Of a stretch of 64,000 nucleotides of DNA, positions 42,152 through 52,443 are shown piece after piece. This stretch comes from a bacterium (GTDB taxonomy: Bacteria; UBA8248): NCBI GenBank assembly GCA_965213625.1, contig CBDBZU010000004.1:1696001-1760000 (forward strand). Direction: 5' to 3'. The position numbers and the translations under genes were made by a program. How positions within the stretch are numbered: the stretch's first letter is position 1; every line of letters starts with the position of its first letter. A model generated the notes under the pieces. It ran no database searches, was not told the origin of the DNA, and was given only the letters and a program-made list of their open reading frames with translations.

Positions 42152-44074
42152 ATGTCCAGCGACCGACGGCTCATGTCTTCTCAAAAACGCAGGCTTAAAG
42201 TTCAGGAAGCGGCGCGAGAGAAAAGGGTGGTGATTCAAGAATCAGCCGCATTTCAATATGTCCGTAATGCCTTGAACCTCAAAGAGATAGACGACTCGAC
42301 AGCGTTCGATATTCTTGGCCCCCTTTTTGAAAATATCGCCGTGAACGGATCGAACGGCCTCATGAGCGAGAAAGAGGCCGCCCGTTTACTCTCCCGCCCG
42401 CATCTTCCCGATACCACATTCGCCATCGTCGATATCGAGACCACTGGCGGGCGTCCTCCCCAGCACCGGATTACGGAGTTGGCCGCCGTCAAGGTTCGCG
42501 CCGGCGAAGTGGTGGATTCCTGGGACGCCCTGGTCAATCCGGGCAGGGAGATTCCCTGGAACGTCGTTCGCCTGACGGGCATCACCGACGCCATGGTGGC
42601 TGACAAACCGGGGCTGATGGAAGTGCTGCCCGGATTTCTGGATTTCATCGATGGGTGCGTGTTTGTCGCCCATTGTGCGAATTTCGACCTCCATTTTCTT
42701 CAGTATTACGCAAAAGAGTTCCTGAAGCGCGATTTCTCGCCTCAGGTACTTTGCACGTTCGAATTGGCGAATCAGTTGCTGCCGGGCCAAAAACGCTTCA
42801 ACCTCGGGGAATTGAGCGCGTCCCTAGGTCTTCTCGATTCGAAGGAGGGAAGACACCGCGCTTTGAGCGATGCGCAGGCGACGGCGCATATATTCATCCG
42901 CTTTACGCAGATGTGCCGGCTGCTGGGGCTGGACAGCCTCGAATCCATGATCGAGTTTCAACAACCAGACGAGGGAATTCTTCCACCGATGGCGGAGGGG
43001 GTTCGGATCGACCCGGCGAAGATTGAGTCTCTCCCGCGTGATCGCGGCGTTTTTCGCCTCTATGACAAGGACGAAAGACTCGTGTTCGCGGGCAAGGCCA
43101 ACGACATGCAGCGGGCGGTGCGGGATATGTTCTTTCCAAAAAATCGCTCCGCCGGCCGGTTTGCACTCAGACTCAAGAGCGTGCGCCATGTGGAGGCGAA
43201 GAGCCTCCTGAGCGAATTGGCCATGAACGTCGAGGCTTTCCGCGCTATGCGAAAATCCAGCCTCATGAACGGGAACCACGCCGTAGCGGGCGGGGGGTTT
43301 TTGAGGCTCTCGTCCGATGGCGACCGGCCCGGGGTATCCTTTGTATCCCGTCTCGCTCTCGACGGCGCCAGCTACTATGGCCCGTTTCGGAAAAAAGCGC
43401 AGCTCGCCGAATTGCTGGAGGCCATTTGCGCGGCCTTTCCGCTCCCCTACGAAGCGCCGGAATCGCACCGCGACGCCAAGAAGCGCGGGGCATTCCCTCG
43501 CGGGAGAAAACGGCCCCGGCTACCGGATGCACATGATGCGGTATTGTTCGAAGCGTTGCGGGATATCCTGGAGGGCCGTCTCCCGAAAGAGGATGAGAGC
43601 GTGTTTTCCCTTCTGCAGAAGGCCTGGGGCGAAGAAGGGCCATCGCCGGGCAGGTTGAGACGCCATATCGCCCGTCTTCATCATCTCGCGCGTATGTACG
43701 CCCTCTCGGGGCCGTCCGTCGAGAAGAGAAGGCTCATCATCGTCGAACCCGGCCAGACGCGTGAGGAGAGATATTGCTATTTCATCAAGGATGGGCTCCT
43801 TGCGCATGAGATATCCTTCGAGAAAAACGAGCCGCCCGTTCGCGCCCTGGCAGAGAAGATAGAAGAGATATTTCTTGACGAGCGCTTCGCTGGACCCAAA
43901 GCGGCACCGGAGGAATTGGACGAGGCTGCGGTGTTCGCGGGCTGGATGAGGCGCGAGTTGATGGATGGCTTCATGCTGAATCTCGAGGACCGCGCCGCCT
44001 CGGCAGATGTGATGGAGGCGCTCCTCGGCGCGCTCGACGACCCGCAGGCGGCGGGAACGACGATAACCTTTTGA
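42152..44074 (+). CDS. DEDDh 3'-5' exonuclease fused to a degenerate GIY-YIG/UvrC-like region
   Basis: DIETTG, AHCANFD, HRALSDA; later RGVF..VFAGKA and YYGPF. Confidence 0.8.
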   Translation: MSSDRRLMSSQKRRLKVQEAAREKRVVIQESAAFQYVRNALNLKEIDDSTAFDILGPLFENIAVNGSNGLMSEKEAARLLSRPHLPDTTFAIVDIETTGGRPPQHRITELAAVKVRAGEVVDSWDALVNPGREIPWNVVRLTGITDAMVADKPGLMEVLPGFLDFIDGCVFVAHCANFDLHFLQYYAKEFLKRDFSPQVLCTFELANQLLPGQKRFNLGELSASLGLLDSKEGRHRALSDAQATAHIFIRFTQMCRLLGLDSLESMIEFQQPDEGILPPMAEGVRIDPAKIESLPRDRGVFRLYDKDERLVFAGKANDMQRAVRDMFFPKNRSAGRFALRLKSVRHVEAKSLLSELAMNVEAFRAMRKSSLMNGNHAVAGGGFLRLSSDGDRPGVSFVSRLALDGASYYGPFRKKAQLAELLEAICAAFPLPYEAPESHRDAKKRGAFPRGRKRPRLPDAHDAVLFEALRDILEGRLPKEDESVFSLLQKAWGEEGPSPGRLRRHIARLHHLARMYALSGPSVEKRRLIIVEPGQTREERYCYFIKDGLLAHEISFEKNEPPVRALAEKIEEIFLDERFAGPKAAPEELDEAAVFAGWMRRELMDGFMLNLEDRAASADVMEALLGALDDPQAAGTTITF

Positions 44075-44263
44075 TTTGTCTTTTCTGCGTTGCTCGGCGC
44101 GGAATTTCGAGCATTCCAGGAAATAGTTTTCTTGCGCGCCACTCTTCGGTGTGCTATTTTTTTTAACGTCTCTTTCCGAGATTTTCGTCTGTAAATTGAA
44201 TACGGGTTGTGGGGTGCGGGACGGGTTTGCTCGCTTTATTCTCTACAAGAAGGTTCCGCGACC

Positions 44264-45592
44264 ATGGTGGGCAACGGTGATTTTTGGGATCAGCGCATCG
44301 AGCGCATGACGCGAGATGAACTCGCTTCCATGCAACTCGAACGCCTCAAGTGGCAGGTCCGCCGCTGCTATCAAGAATCCGAATTCTATCGGGAACGCCT
44401 CGACGCAGCGGGCGTGGGGCCCGATTCGATCCGCACGCTCGACGATCTGCGGAAAATTCCTTTCGTCACCAAGCAGGAACTCAGAGACGAGCAGCAAAAG
44501 CATCCGCCATTCGGGAGATACACGGTCGCCGAGCCTTCGGCATGGGGGGAGCTTCACCCCTCCACGGGGACGACCGGGGTGCCCGTGAGCACGATATGGA
44601 GCAAGCAAGACGTCGAGAACATCGCGGATTTCACGGCGCGCACGATGTGGAGCTTCGGGGTGCGCCCGGGCGACGTCGTCCAGAACGCTTTCAGCTACGG
44701 TCTGTGGGTCGCCGGAATGAGCGTGCACTACGCCACCCAGAAGATCGGTTGCTTCGTGATTCCCATCGGCGCCGCGATGACGGAACGCCAGATTCTCTAC
44801 CTCACCACCATCGGCTCGACGGTGCTCCTGAGCACGCCTAGCTATGGCTTGTATATCGGCGAGAAACTCACCGAAAGCGGCGTGGCCCCCGGTGATATCC
44901 CACTCAAAATCGGTTCCTTCGGCGGGGAGGCGGGCGCGCAGAACCCATCCACGCGCTCCCGAATCGAGGCCGCCCTCGGCGTCGACGCCTATGATTATTA
45001 CGGGCTGGGCGAGATCGGCCCGACCTTCGCGAGTGAATCGGTGGCGAAGTCGGGACTCATCTGGGCGGAGGATCACCACATTATCGAGGTGGTCGACCCC
45101 CAGACGAAAGAGCCGACGCCCGAAGGCGATGTGGGCATTCTCGTGATTACGCATCTCACGCGCGAGGCCACGCCCATGCTGCGCTACTGGACGAACGATT
45201 TCGCGCGCGTGGACAGCTCTCCCAGCCCATGCGGCAGAACGCACCTGCGCTCGCCGGGAGGCATTCTCGGACGCCATGATGACCTCGTCATCTACAAGGG
45301 GGCGAAATTCTACCCGATTCAGGTGGAAGAAGTGGTGCGGAGTTTCTCCGGTCTCAGCAACGAGTTTCGCGTAGAACTACACCCGGATGATTCGACGGGG
45401 CGGGACCGCTGCGTCGTCGTGGCCGAAGCGGCCGAAGGGGAGGCGAACTTGGGTCTGGGCGATAAGTTGCGCGATAAACTGGGGTCGGAACTCCTGGTGA
45501 CGCCCGAGGTGGAGGTTTTGCCCGCGGGCTCTTTCGAGCGAACGACGTTCAAGGCGAAAAGGTTCGTGGATCTGCGCGAATCGCGCGTATGA
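44264..45592 (+). CDS. Phenylacetate-CoA ligase family protein
   Basis: STGTTG, YGLGE, LRYWTND, GRHDD. Confidence 0.9.
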   Translation: MVGNGDFWDQRIERMTRDELASMQLERLKWQVRRCYQESEFYRERLDAAGVGPDSIRTLDDLRKIPFVTKQELRDEQQKHPPFGRYTVAEPSAWGELHPSTGTTGVPVSTIWSKQDVENIADFTARTMWSFGVRPGDVVQNAFSYGLWVAGMSVHYATQKIGCFVIPIGAAMTERQILYLTTIGSTVLLSTPSYGLYIGEKLTESGVAPGDIPLKIGSFGGEAGAQNPSTRSRIEAALGVDAYDYYGLGEIGPTFASESVAKSGLIWAEDHHIIEVVDPQTKEPTPEGDVGILVITHLTREATPMLRYWTNDFARVDSSPSPCGRTHLRSPGGILGRHDDLVIYKGAKFYPIQVEEVVRSFSGLSNEFRVELHPDDSTGRDRCVVVAEAAEGEANLGLGDKLRDKLGSELLVTPEVEVLPAGSFERTTFKAKRFVDLRESRV

Positions 45593-45612
45593 ATACAGCG
45601 AGGGGGTGAGAC

Positions 45613-46773
45613 GTGCGCGGCGTATCGATTATCGGAGTGGGCATCACGCCCTTCGGGGTGCGGGAGGAGAGCCTCGTCGCCCTGGGGGCTATCGCTTGCA
45701 GGAGTGCGCTTGAGGACGCCGGTCTCGCGCCAGAACAAATCGACGCGTTTTTTCTGGGGAATTTCGCGGGCCAGGCCTTCGTCGGCCAGAACCACATCGC
45801 GCCCATGGTGGCGCACGCGGCGGGGCTGGGCGCGGTGCCCTGCACCCGTCTCGAGGGCGCTTGCGCCTCGGGCGGACTCGCCATGCGCCAGGGGGTGCTG
45901 GCGGTGGCTTCGGGCCAGGTGGATTTCGCGCTCATCGCAGGGGTGGAGAAGATGACCTCGGCGGAGACGGACGAGACGGCCTCCATCCTCGCCGCCGCCG
46001 GGGACGTGGCGGTGGAGGCGAGCGTCGGCTCCACGTTTCCCGCCCTTTTCGGCCTCATCGCCAGACGCCACATGCACGAGCACGGGACGACGCGCGAGGA
46101 GATCGCCCACGTGGCGGTGAAAAATCACGCCCACGGCAAACTGAACCCGAACGCGCACATGCAAAAAGACGTAACGCTCCCCCAGGTCATGGACGCCAAG
46201 CCCGTAGCCGAGCCGCTCGGGCTTTTTGATTGCTCGCTCATCAGCGACGGCGCGGCGGCCGTAGTGCTGTGTCCGACCGAATCGGCTTCTTCGCATCACG
46301 AAAAACCCGTCGAGATTCTCGCGTCGGCGCAGGCATCGGATTCACCCGCACTATCCGACAAGCGCGACATCACGTCGTTTTACGCCACGCAAAAAGCGGG
46401 AGAGGAGGCCTTCTCCCAGGCGGGGCTGAGCCGCGAGGACGTCGACCTGGCCGAGATTCACGATTGCTTCACAGTCGCCGAGATCATCGCGCTCGAGGAT
46501 TTGGGATTCTTCGCCAAAGGCGAGGGGGGCCGCGGCGCGCTCGAGGGAATGACGAAGCTCGGCGGCGCGATGCCGGTGAATACCAGCGGCGGCCTGAAAT
46601 CGAAAGGCCATCCGGTGGGGGCGACGGGCGTGGCCCAGATTCATGAACTCACGCTTCAGTTGCGCGGAGAGGCGGGCGCGCGCCAGGTTCCGGGCGCCGA
46701 AGTGGCCCTGGCCCACAATCTGGGGGGCTCTGGCGCCACGTGCGCCGTGCACATCCTGGGGTCGACCTCCTGA
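45613..46773 (+). CDS. SCP-x/archaeal-type thiolase family protein
   Basis: EGACASG, EIHDCF, NTSGGLKSKGHPVGATG. Confidence 0.92.
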   Translation: MRGVSIIGVGITPFGVREESLVALGAIACRSALEDAGLAPEQIDAFFLGNFAGQAFVGQNHIAPMVAHAAGLGAVPCTRLEGACASGGLAMRQGVLAVASGQVDFALIAGVEKMTSAETDETASILAAAGDVAVEASVGSTFPALFGLIARRHMHEHGTTREEIAHVAVKNHAHGKLNPNAHMQKDVTLPQVMDAKPVAEPLGLFDCSLISDGAAAVVLCPTESASSHHEKPVEILASAQASDSPALSDKRDITSFYATQKAGEEAFSQAGLSREDVDLAEIHDCFTVAEIIALEDLGFFAKGEGGRGALEGMTKLGGAMPVNTSGGLKSKGHPVGATGVAQIHELTLQLRGEAGARQVPGAEVALAHNLGGSGATCAVHILGSTS

Positions 46774-46817
46774 ACGAAGGTCGACCGGCTGAGCGCAGAA
46801 AGGTTGGATGATTGCGC

Positions 46818-47123
46818 ATGGAGACGTATGTTTGCGCCGGATGCCGCCGGATTTATCTGGAGAAGTCGAAGCGTTGCGGGCATTGCGACGCAGAGATGGA
46901 GGAGAGGCAAGCCTCGGGGCGGGGAGTCGTCTACAGCTTTTCATCGGTACACATGGGCGCCCAGGGGCTGCCGACGCCCTACCTGCTCGCTCTGGTGGAA
47001 TTGGAAGAGGGGGGGCGTATTCTCGCCCGTCTGGCGGATGACGATGAACCTGAGCCGTCCATCGGCGATTCAGTGGTTTTTTCCGGCCTTTCGGATACCG
47101 GACCGGTCTTTCGGAAGCTTTGA
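46818..47123 (+). CDS. DUF35 Zn-ribbon/OB-fold protein
   Basis: CxxC..CxxC, GVVYSFS, PY.LALVELEEG; follows the thiolase. Confidence 0.88.
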   Translation: METYVCAGCRRIYLEKSKRCGHCDAEMEERQASGRGVVYSFSSVHMGAQGLPTPYLLALVELEEGGRILARLADDDEPEPSIGDSVVFSGLSDTGPVFRKL

Positions 47124-47129
47124 GGGTTT

Positions 47130-48521
47130 GTGCAGGTGAGTGCAATCGATAAGGAAGCGACACGCGCCAAGGCGCTATTCGTGGGCCACATTACGCCGGG
47201 TAGAGAGGGTTTGCTCGGCGGCTTGCGGAACATCGGCATGGAGACGCTTTATTTCGATTCGCCGCATAAGGCGCGCGCGCGCACGAATTGGTGCGATTTC
47301 ATTCTTTACGGGGCGGCCGACCCCGCCGAGGCGGCTCCGATGCGAAGGATTGCGGAGACCGGCAAACCTTTCGCCGCAGTGCTGCGCCCCGAGGACAAGG
47401 GGTTCACGCCCTTGAGCATCCGCGCGGGCGCGCGGAGCGTTTTCGTCGACGAAGTGCATCCCGAAGAAGTGTTTCAGTTCTCCCGAACGTTGAGTGAGGA
47501 GGGGAATCTTCGCAGGGAGCTCAGGTGGCTTCGCACCGAGGCGAGGGAAGAGCATGGTGGATGGCGGTTCGTGGGAACGAGCGCAGCGGCCGAGAGGCTC
47601 AGGCGTTCGATTCAGCGCGCGGGGCAGAAATACAGCTCTATTCTTCTCGAGGGGGAGAAAGGGCTGAATTTTCAGCTCGTCGCCCGCGCACTGCATTCCC
47701 AGCATCCGGGGGCGCGGCAACCGTTTTTGCATTGGGGGCCGAAAATGAAGCGCGCCTCGATACTGGACAAGGCCATCAAGCGTATGGAGGACAAGCGCGG
47801 TGAAGAGGGTGACATCGTCGAAAAGGGGGGGACGCTCTTCATCGAAGACGCTCAGTTCATCGGCAGGGATCTCCAGAAGGCGCTGGCCAGGGTTTTGCGG
47901 AAAAAAAGTCTCTCGAGGGAGTTTCGCGTGATATTCGGCTGCACGCACGACCCCGAAAGACTGATACAGGACAAAATCCTCAAGCGTCTGTACAGCGAGG
48001 AAACGACTTGTTTCATCAAGATTCCTCCGCTGCGTGACAGGAAAAAGGACATTGCACTCGTGGCCCAGGGGGTTCTGGATGAATTCTCGAGCCGCATCGG
48101 GCAGCCGAGAAGGCGGATTACGCCCGCGGCGATGGATTGGTTCTCCGGACAGGAGTGGTGGGGAAATGAATCCGAACTCGAGATGGCCGTGTGCCGCGCC
48201 TTTCTCGTGAGCGAGGGTAACTCGATTTCACTCGATGACTTGAGTTCCTCTCCCCGAAGGAATAGCGGTGGCGGCGACATCGAGGGCTTTTTCCGAGAAA
48301 GGCTCTCCTCGGTGGTCACCGCCCTGGGTGACGGGGAGAGCAGCGACTTCTATGATCACACCATCCGCAGCGTTGAAAAACCCCTCCTCGAACTGGTGCT
48401 CCGCGAAGCGGGCGGAAACCAGGTGCAGGCGTCGCGTCTGCTGGGCATGAACCGCAACACGCTGAGAAGAAAACTCCTGGAATTCGGACTCACCAAGTCC
48501 TCCCCCTCTCGCCGGAGATAA
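47130..48521 (+). CDS. Degenerate NtrC-family regulator with Fis-type HTH
   Basis: IPPLRDR.KDI, W.GN..EL, GNQVQASRLLGMNRNTLRRK; ATPase motifs decayed. Confidence 0.8.
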   Translation: MQVSAIDKEATRAKALFVGHITPGREGLLGGLRNIGMETLYFDSPHKARARTNWCDFILYGAADPAEAAPMRRIAETGKPFAAVLRPEDKGFTPLSIRAGARSVFVDEVHPEEVFQFSRTLSEEGNLRRELRWLRTEAREEHGGWRFVGTSAAAERLRRSIQRAGQKYSSILLEGEKGLNFQLVARALHSQHPGARQPFLHWGPKMKRASILDKAIKRMEDKRGEEGDIVEKGGTLFIEDAQFIGRDLQKALARVLRKKSLSREFRVIFGCTHDPERLIQDKILKRLYSEETTCFIKIPPLRDRKKDIALVAQGVLDEFSSRIGQPRRRITPAAMDWFSGQEWWGNESELEMAVCRAFLVSEGNSISLDDLSSSPRRNSGGGDIEGFFRERLSSVVTALGDGESSDFYDHTIRSVEKPLLELVLREAGGNQVQASRLLGMNRNTLRRKLLEFGLTKSSPSRRR

Positions 48522-48526
48522 ATTTT

Positions 48527-49288
48527 TTGGCGCATCGAGGCGATGGGTTCGCCGCCGTGATCCTTGCCGCCGGCCAGGGCAAGCGCATGGAATCCCCGCT
48601 GGCGAAAGTGCTGCATCCCGTGGGTGGACAGCCCATGATCCGCCACGTCGTGAACACCGTGAGAGAGGCGGGCGCCCGGCCCGTCGTCATCGTCGTGGGT
48701 CATCAGGCCGGCGGCGTTCGCGAGGTGTTTTCGGGAGATGATGCGGATATCGTATTTGCCGTTCAGGAGGAGCAACACGGCACGGGCCATGCCGCCGAGG
48801 TCGGCTTGTCCGTCCTGTCGGCCGAGGCGAAACATCTATATCTCCTGTGCGGCGATGCGCCCCTGATACGGACCGCCACCTTGAGGCAGCTGGCCCGCTT
48901 CCATGAAGAGGCGGGCGTGGCGGCCACCATGCTCACGGCCACCGCGGGGGAGCCGTACGGGTATGGCCGCGTGGTGCGCGAGGGGGCGGAACTCATCGGC
49001 GTGGTGGAAGAAGCGGACGCGACGGATGCGCAGAAGAAAATTACCGAGATCAACACGGGCGCCTACGCCTTCGAAGCTGCTTTCCTGCGAGCCGCCCTGC
49101 CGAGAATCAGGGCCGAGAACAACCAGGGGGAGTTCTATCTGCCAGATGTTTTCCCCATTGCGCGCGCCGAGGGCCGCGCCATCCTGGGACTTGACCTGGT
49201 GACGCCCGAAGAAGCGCTGGGTGTGAATACGAAAGCGGATTTGCGCCGCGCGCAGGAGTTCTACGAGAAGCGCCGACTCAATACCTGA
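48527..49288 (+). CDS. glmU: GlmU-like uridyltransferase, N-terminal domain only
   Basis: ILAAGQGKRM.S..KVLH, GTGHA, GDAP, YGRVVR, EINTG, QGEFYLPD; no beta-helix. Confidence 0.8.
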   Translation: MAHRGDGFAAVILAAGQGKRMESPLAKVLHPVGGQPMIRHVVNTVREAGARPVVIVVGHQAGGVREVFSGDDADIVFAVQEEQHGTGHAAEVGLSVLSAEAKHLYLLCGDAPLIRTATLRQLARFHEEAGVAATMLTATAGEPYGYGRVVREGAELIGVVEEADATDAQKKITEINTGAYAFEAAFLRAALPRIRAENNQGEFYLPDVFPIARAEGRAILGLDLVTPEEALGVNTKADLRRAQEFYEKRRLNT

Positions 49289-49395
49289 TGCGCGCATCGC
49301 CGCCCGATTTGCTATAATTTCCCGCGCAAGATAGAAAAAACGAGAGGAATCGCCCGTTTCGGGGCAATTTTGAGCGAATTTCAGAAAGGTGTCTC

Positions 49396-50601
49396 GTGAG
49401 AGCATTGATTCTGGCGGCCGGCCGCGGGGCCGGTTTATACCCGTTTACGAATACCCGGCCGAAGGCGATGCTGCCGATGGCGGGTGAGATGCTCCTGCAT
49501 TCGGCGCTCAAGAAAATACGCGCCGCAGGCGTAAGCGATCTGGTCGTCGTCGTGGGGCACCGCGCCGACAGGATCATCAACGAATTCGGGCAGGGTTCGC
49601 GCTACGGGATGACGATTCAGTACATCCGCCAGGAAGAGCCCACGGGAATCTGCGACGCCATCAGCCTCGCGAAAGGGCATTTCCAGGAAGATGAGTCGTT
49701 TTTGCTCGTCTATGCGGACGTGCTGGCGTCCGAGAACATGTACCGTCAGGTCGTGCAGGCGTTCGGCACGTTTCAACAGCCCGTGGCGGCGATTTGCCAC
49801 ACGCCCCACGCACAGAACTACGGGACGGTCTATCTCGGCAAGGATATGCAGATAGAGCGCCTGGTGGAAAAGCCCGTGGAGCGCGAGGTGGGCAACTACG
49901 TTCTGGCCGGCGTGTTCGTCATGCCCTACCGGCTGTTCGATCTGCTGGAGCGCCTTCAGATGGACGAGGCGTTCAACGAATTGTGCGCGGGCGAGGGAAT
50001 CCGTTCCTCGATTTGGGAGGAACCCTGGCTGGACGCCCAGCACCCCTGGGACCTGCTCAAGGGCAACCAGATGGTCATGGACACCTGGAGCGAAGCCCGC
50101 GTGGACGGAAGCGTGCGGCTCCGGGGCGCGGTGCAGTTTCGCGGGCCTGTGATGATCGAAAAGAACGTGGTGATCGAGTCGGGCGCCTCCATCTTCGGCC
50201 CTTGCTTCATCGGGGAGAACACGTTTCTAGGGAACGGGGTTCTGGTGCGCCCCTATACGGCCATTGGAGCGAACGCGACCATCGGCTTCGGCGTGGAGCT
50301 TAAGAACTGCATCCTGTTCAACGGCGTTCGCGTGGGACGCCTCTCCTTCGTGGGCGACAGCGTCGTCGGCGAGGACGCCGTGGTGGGTTCGGGGACGATA
50401 ACGCTGACCCAGGAACTGGACCCGGCCCCCGTCGTTGTGCGCATGCCGGAGGGAGAGGTCGATTCGGGCCTCGAGAAGGTGGGCTCGTTCCTGGGAGACG
50501 GGGCGCAGGTGGGCGCTTCGAATACGCTGGCCTCGGGCACCGTCGTCCCGCCCGGCGAGGTCGTTCCGCATCACTACACCTACCCGCGGGGAGAGAACTA
50601 G
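49396..50601 (+). CDS. Sugar-1-phosphate nucleotidyltransferase with hexapeptide beta-helix (archaeal GlmU-like)
   Basis: LAAGRG..L.PFT.TRPK, EKP, C-terminal hexapeptide repeats. Confidence 0.85.
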   Translation: MRALILAAGRGAGLYPFTNTRPKAMLPMAGEMLLHSALKKIRAAGVSDLVVVVGHRADRIINEFGQGSRYGMTIQYIRQEEPTGICDAISLAKGHFQEDESFLLVYADVLASENMYRQVVQAFGTFQQPVAAICHTPHAQNYGTVYLGKDMQIERLVEKPVEREVGNYVLAGVFVMPYRLFDLLERLQMDEAFNELCAGEGIRSSIWEEPWLDAQHPWDLLKGNQMVMDTWSEARVDGSVRLRGAVQFRGPVMIEKNVVIESGASIFGPCFIGENTFLGNGVLVRPYTAIGANATIGFGVELKNCILFNGVRVGRLSFVGDSVVGEDAVVGSGTITLTQELDPAPVVVRMPEGEVDSGLEKVGSFLGDGAQVGASNTLASGTVVPPGEVVPHHYTYPRGEN

Positions 50602-50602
50602 C

Positions 50603-52426
50603 ATGTGCGGCATCGCGGGCATGGCGGCGAGCGCGAACGTCTCGCAAAAGCTTCTGCGCTCCATCGCGTCCCTGGAGTACCGGGGTTACGACTCCTGCGG
50701 CATGGCCGTTCAAAGAAACGGCGCGATAGACATCCGCAAGAACGTGGGCACCGTGGAGACGGTGAACGCCCTCGAGCGCTTCACCGACATGAAGGGCCTC
50801 GTGGGCATCGCGCATACGCGCTGGGCGACGCACGGAGGGGTGACGCAGGCGAACGCGCACCCTCACGCGGACAACGAAAGCCGTCTGGCCGTGGTCCACA
50901 ACGGCATCATCTCGAACTACAAGGAACTGAGAGAGAGGCTTTCGCGCGAGGGCGCCGCGTTCCGCTCCGAGACGGATTCCGAGGTTATCGCGCATCTGGT
51001 GGCGCAGAAAATCGCGCGAAACGGACAGGACGTGGAGGAGGGATTCGTCGAGGCGATAGACGAGCTAGAGGGCACCTTCGCCCTGGCGGTCATATCGGTC
51101 GACGCGCCGGGGCGGATTCTCTGCGTGAAGCGCGAATCGCCCCTCATCATCGGACTGGGGGACGACGCCAACTACGTGGGGTCGGATTTCAGCGCGTTCT
51201 TCGAGTACACCCGACGGGCGATCATCATGGAAGACGGCGAATACGCGCTCATCACCCCGGAGAGCTACGCGGTCAAGAGCCTGCTCACCAGAGAACGCGT
51301 CGACAAGGAAGTCACCGAGATCGAATGGGACGCGGAAAAAGCCCGCCGGGGCGGCTACCCCCATTTCATGCTCAAGGAGATTTACGACCAGCCTACCACC
51401 GTCCAGGCCGCCCTCCAGATTCCAAGGGAAGATTTAAAGTCTCTGGCGGCGATGATTCACGAATCGCGGCAATGTTTTCTGGGCGGCGTGGGGACGACCT
51501 TCTACATCGCGTCGATGGGGCAGTATTTCTTCAGCCGTCTGGGGGGGCGATATCTGCCCGTCGTCAGCACGGACGAGTTCGCCCACATCGCGGAAATGGG
51601 CCCCGAAGACGGATTTTGCGCCATCAGCCAGTCGGGGGAGACCTACGATACACTGAGCGCGCTGCGCCATGCGAAAGCGAGCGGGGCCAGGACGGCGGGC
51701 ATCGTGAACGTGATGGGCTCCACCCTGGTGCGATCGGTGGACGTGCCGATTCTCCAGGGCGCGGGACCCGAAAAATGCGTCATCAGCACCAAGACGGCCC
51801 TGAGCCAGGCGGTCGTATTGCTGCTCGCCTCGCTGGAACTGGGACTGCTTGCGGGGCGCATGAGCGAGGCGGAGGTCGCTGCGCTCCGGGAGGAGGTCGC
51901 CACCTTGTCCGACCTCGTGCTGGAGACGCTCAACGAGCGCTCGGGCTATTTCCACACGGCAGCGTACGCGCACCAGCACATGAAGAACTGGCTCTACCTG
52001 GGCCGCGGCATCTATTATCCCGCGGCGCTCGAATGCGCGCTCAAGATGAAGGAAGTCACCTACCTCCACGCGGAGGGGATGAGTGCGGGCTTCCTCAAGC
52101 ACGGCACCATCTCCCTCATCGACGAGAACATGTACACCATCGTCCTGATGCCCACGCCCGAAGAGGCCGAACTGCACGCGCTCACCAGGAGCAGTGCGGA
52201 AGAAGTCCGCGCGCGCGGCGGCTTCGTGCTGGGCTACCGCTTCGAGGGAGACGAGGTGGTGGAGGGGCTGTTCAGCGAAGAAATTGTGCTTCCGAGGGTA
52301 TCCCCCCTGCTTGCGCCCTTCCTGCACCTGGTCTCGGGACAGTTGCTCGCCTACTTCCTCGCGGTGGCCTTGAAGCGCGACGTCGACAGGCCGCGCGCCC
52401 TGGCGAAATCCGTCACCGTCGCCTAA
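50603..52426 (+). CDS. glmS: Glutamine-fructose-6-phosphate aminotransferase
   Basis: MCGI, LEYRGYDS, HTRWATHG, SQSGET, LAKSVTV. Confidence 0.96.
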   Translation: MCGIAGMAASANVSQKLLRSIASLEYRGYDSCGMAVQRNGAIDIRKNVGTVETVNALERFTDMKGLVGIAHTRWATHGGVTQANAHPHADNESRLAVVHNGIISNYKELRERLSREGAAFRSETDSEVIAHLVAQKIARNGQDVEEGFVEAIDELEGTFALAVISVDAPGRILCVKRESPLIIGLGDDANYVGSDFSAFFEYTRRAIIMEDGEYALITPESYAVKSLLTRERVDKEVTEIEWDAEKARRGGYPHFMLKEIYDQPTTVQAALQIPREDLKSLAAMIHESRQCFLGGVGTTFYIASMGQYFFSRLGGRYLPVVSTDEFAHIAEMGPEDGFCAISQSGETYDTLSALRHAKASGARTAGIVNVMGSTLVRSVDVPILQGAGPEKCVISTKTALSQAVVLLLASLELGLLAGRMSEAEVAALREEVATLSDLVLETLNERSGYFHTAAYAHQHMKNWLYLGRGIYYPAALECALKMKEVTYLHAEGMSAGFLKHGTISLIDENMYTIVLMPTPEEAELHALTRSSAEEVRARGGFVLGYRFEGDEVVEGLFSEEIVLPRVSPLLAPFLHLVSGQLLAYFLAVALKRDVDRPRALAKSVTVA

Positions 52427-52443
52427 GGACGCGTACTCCCAAA

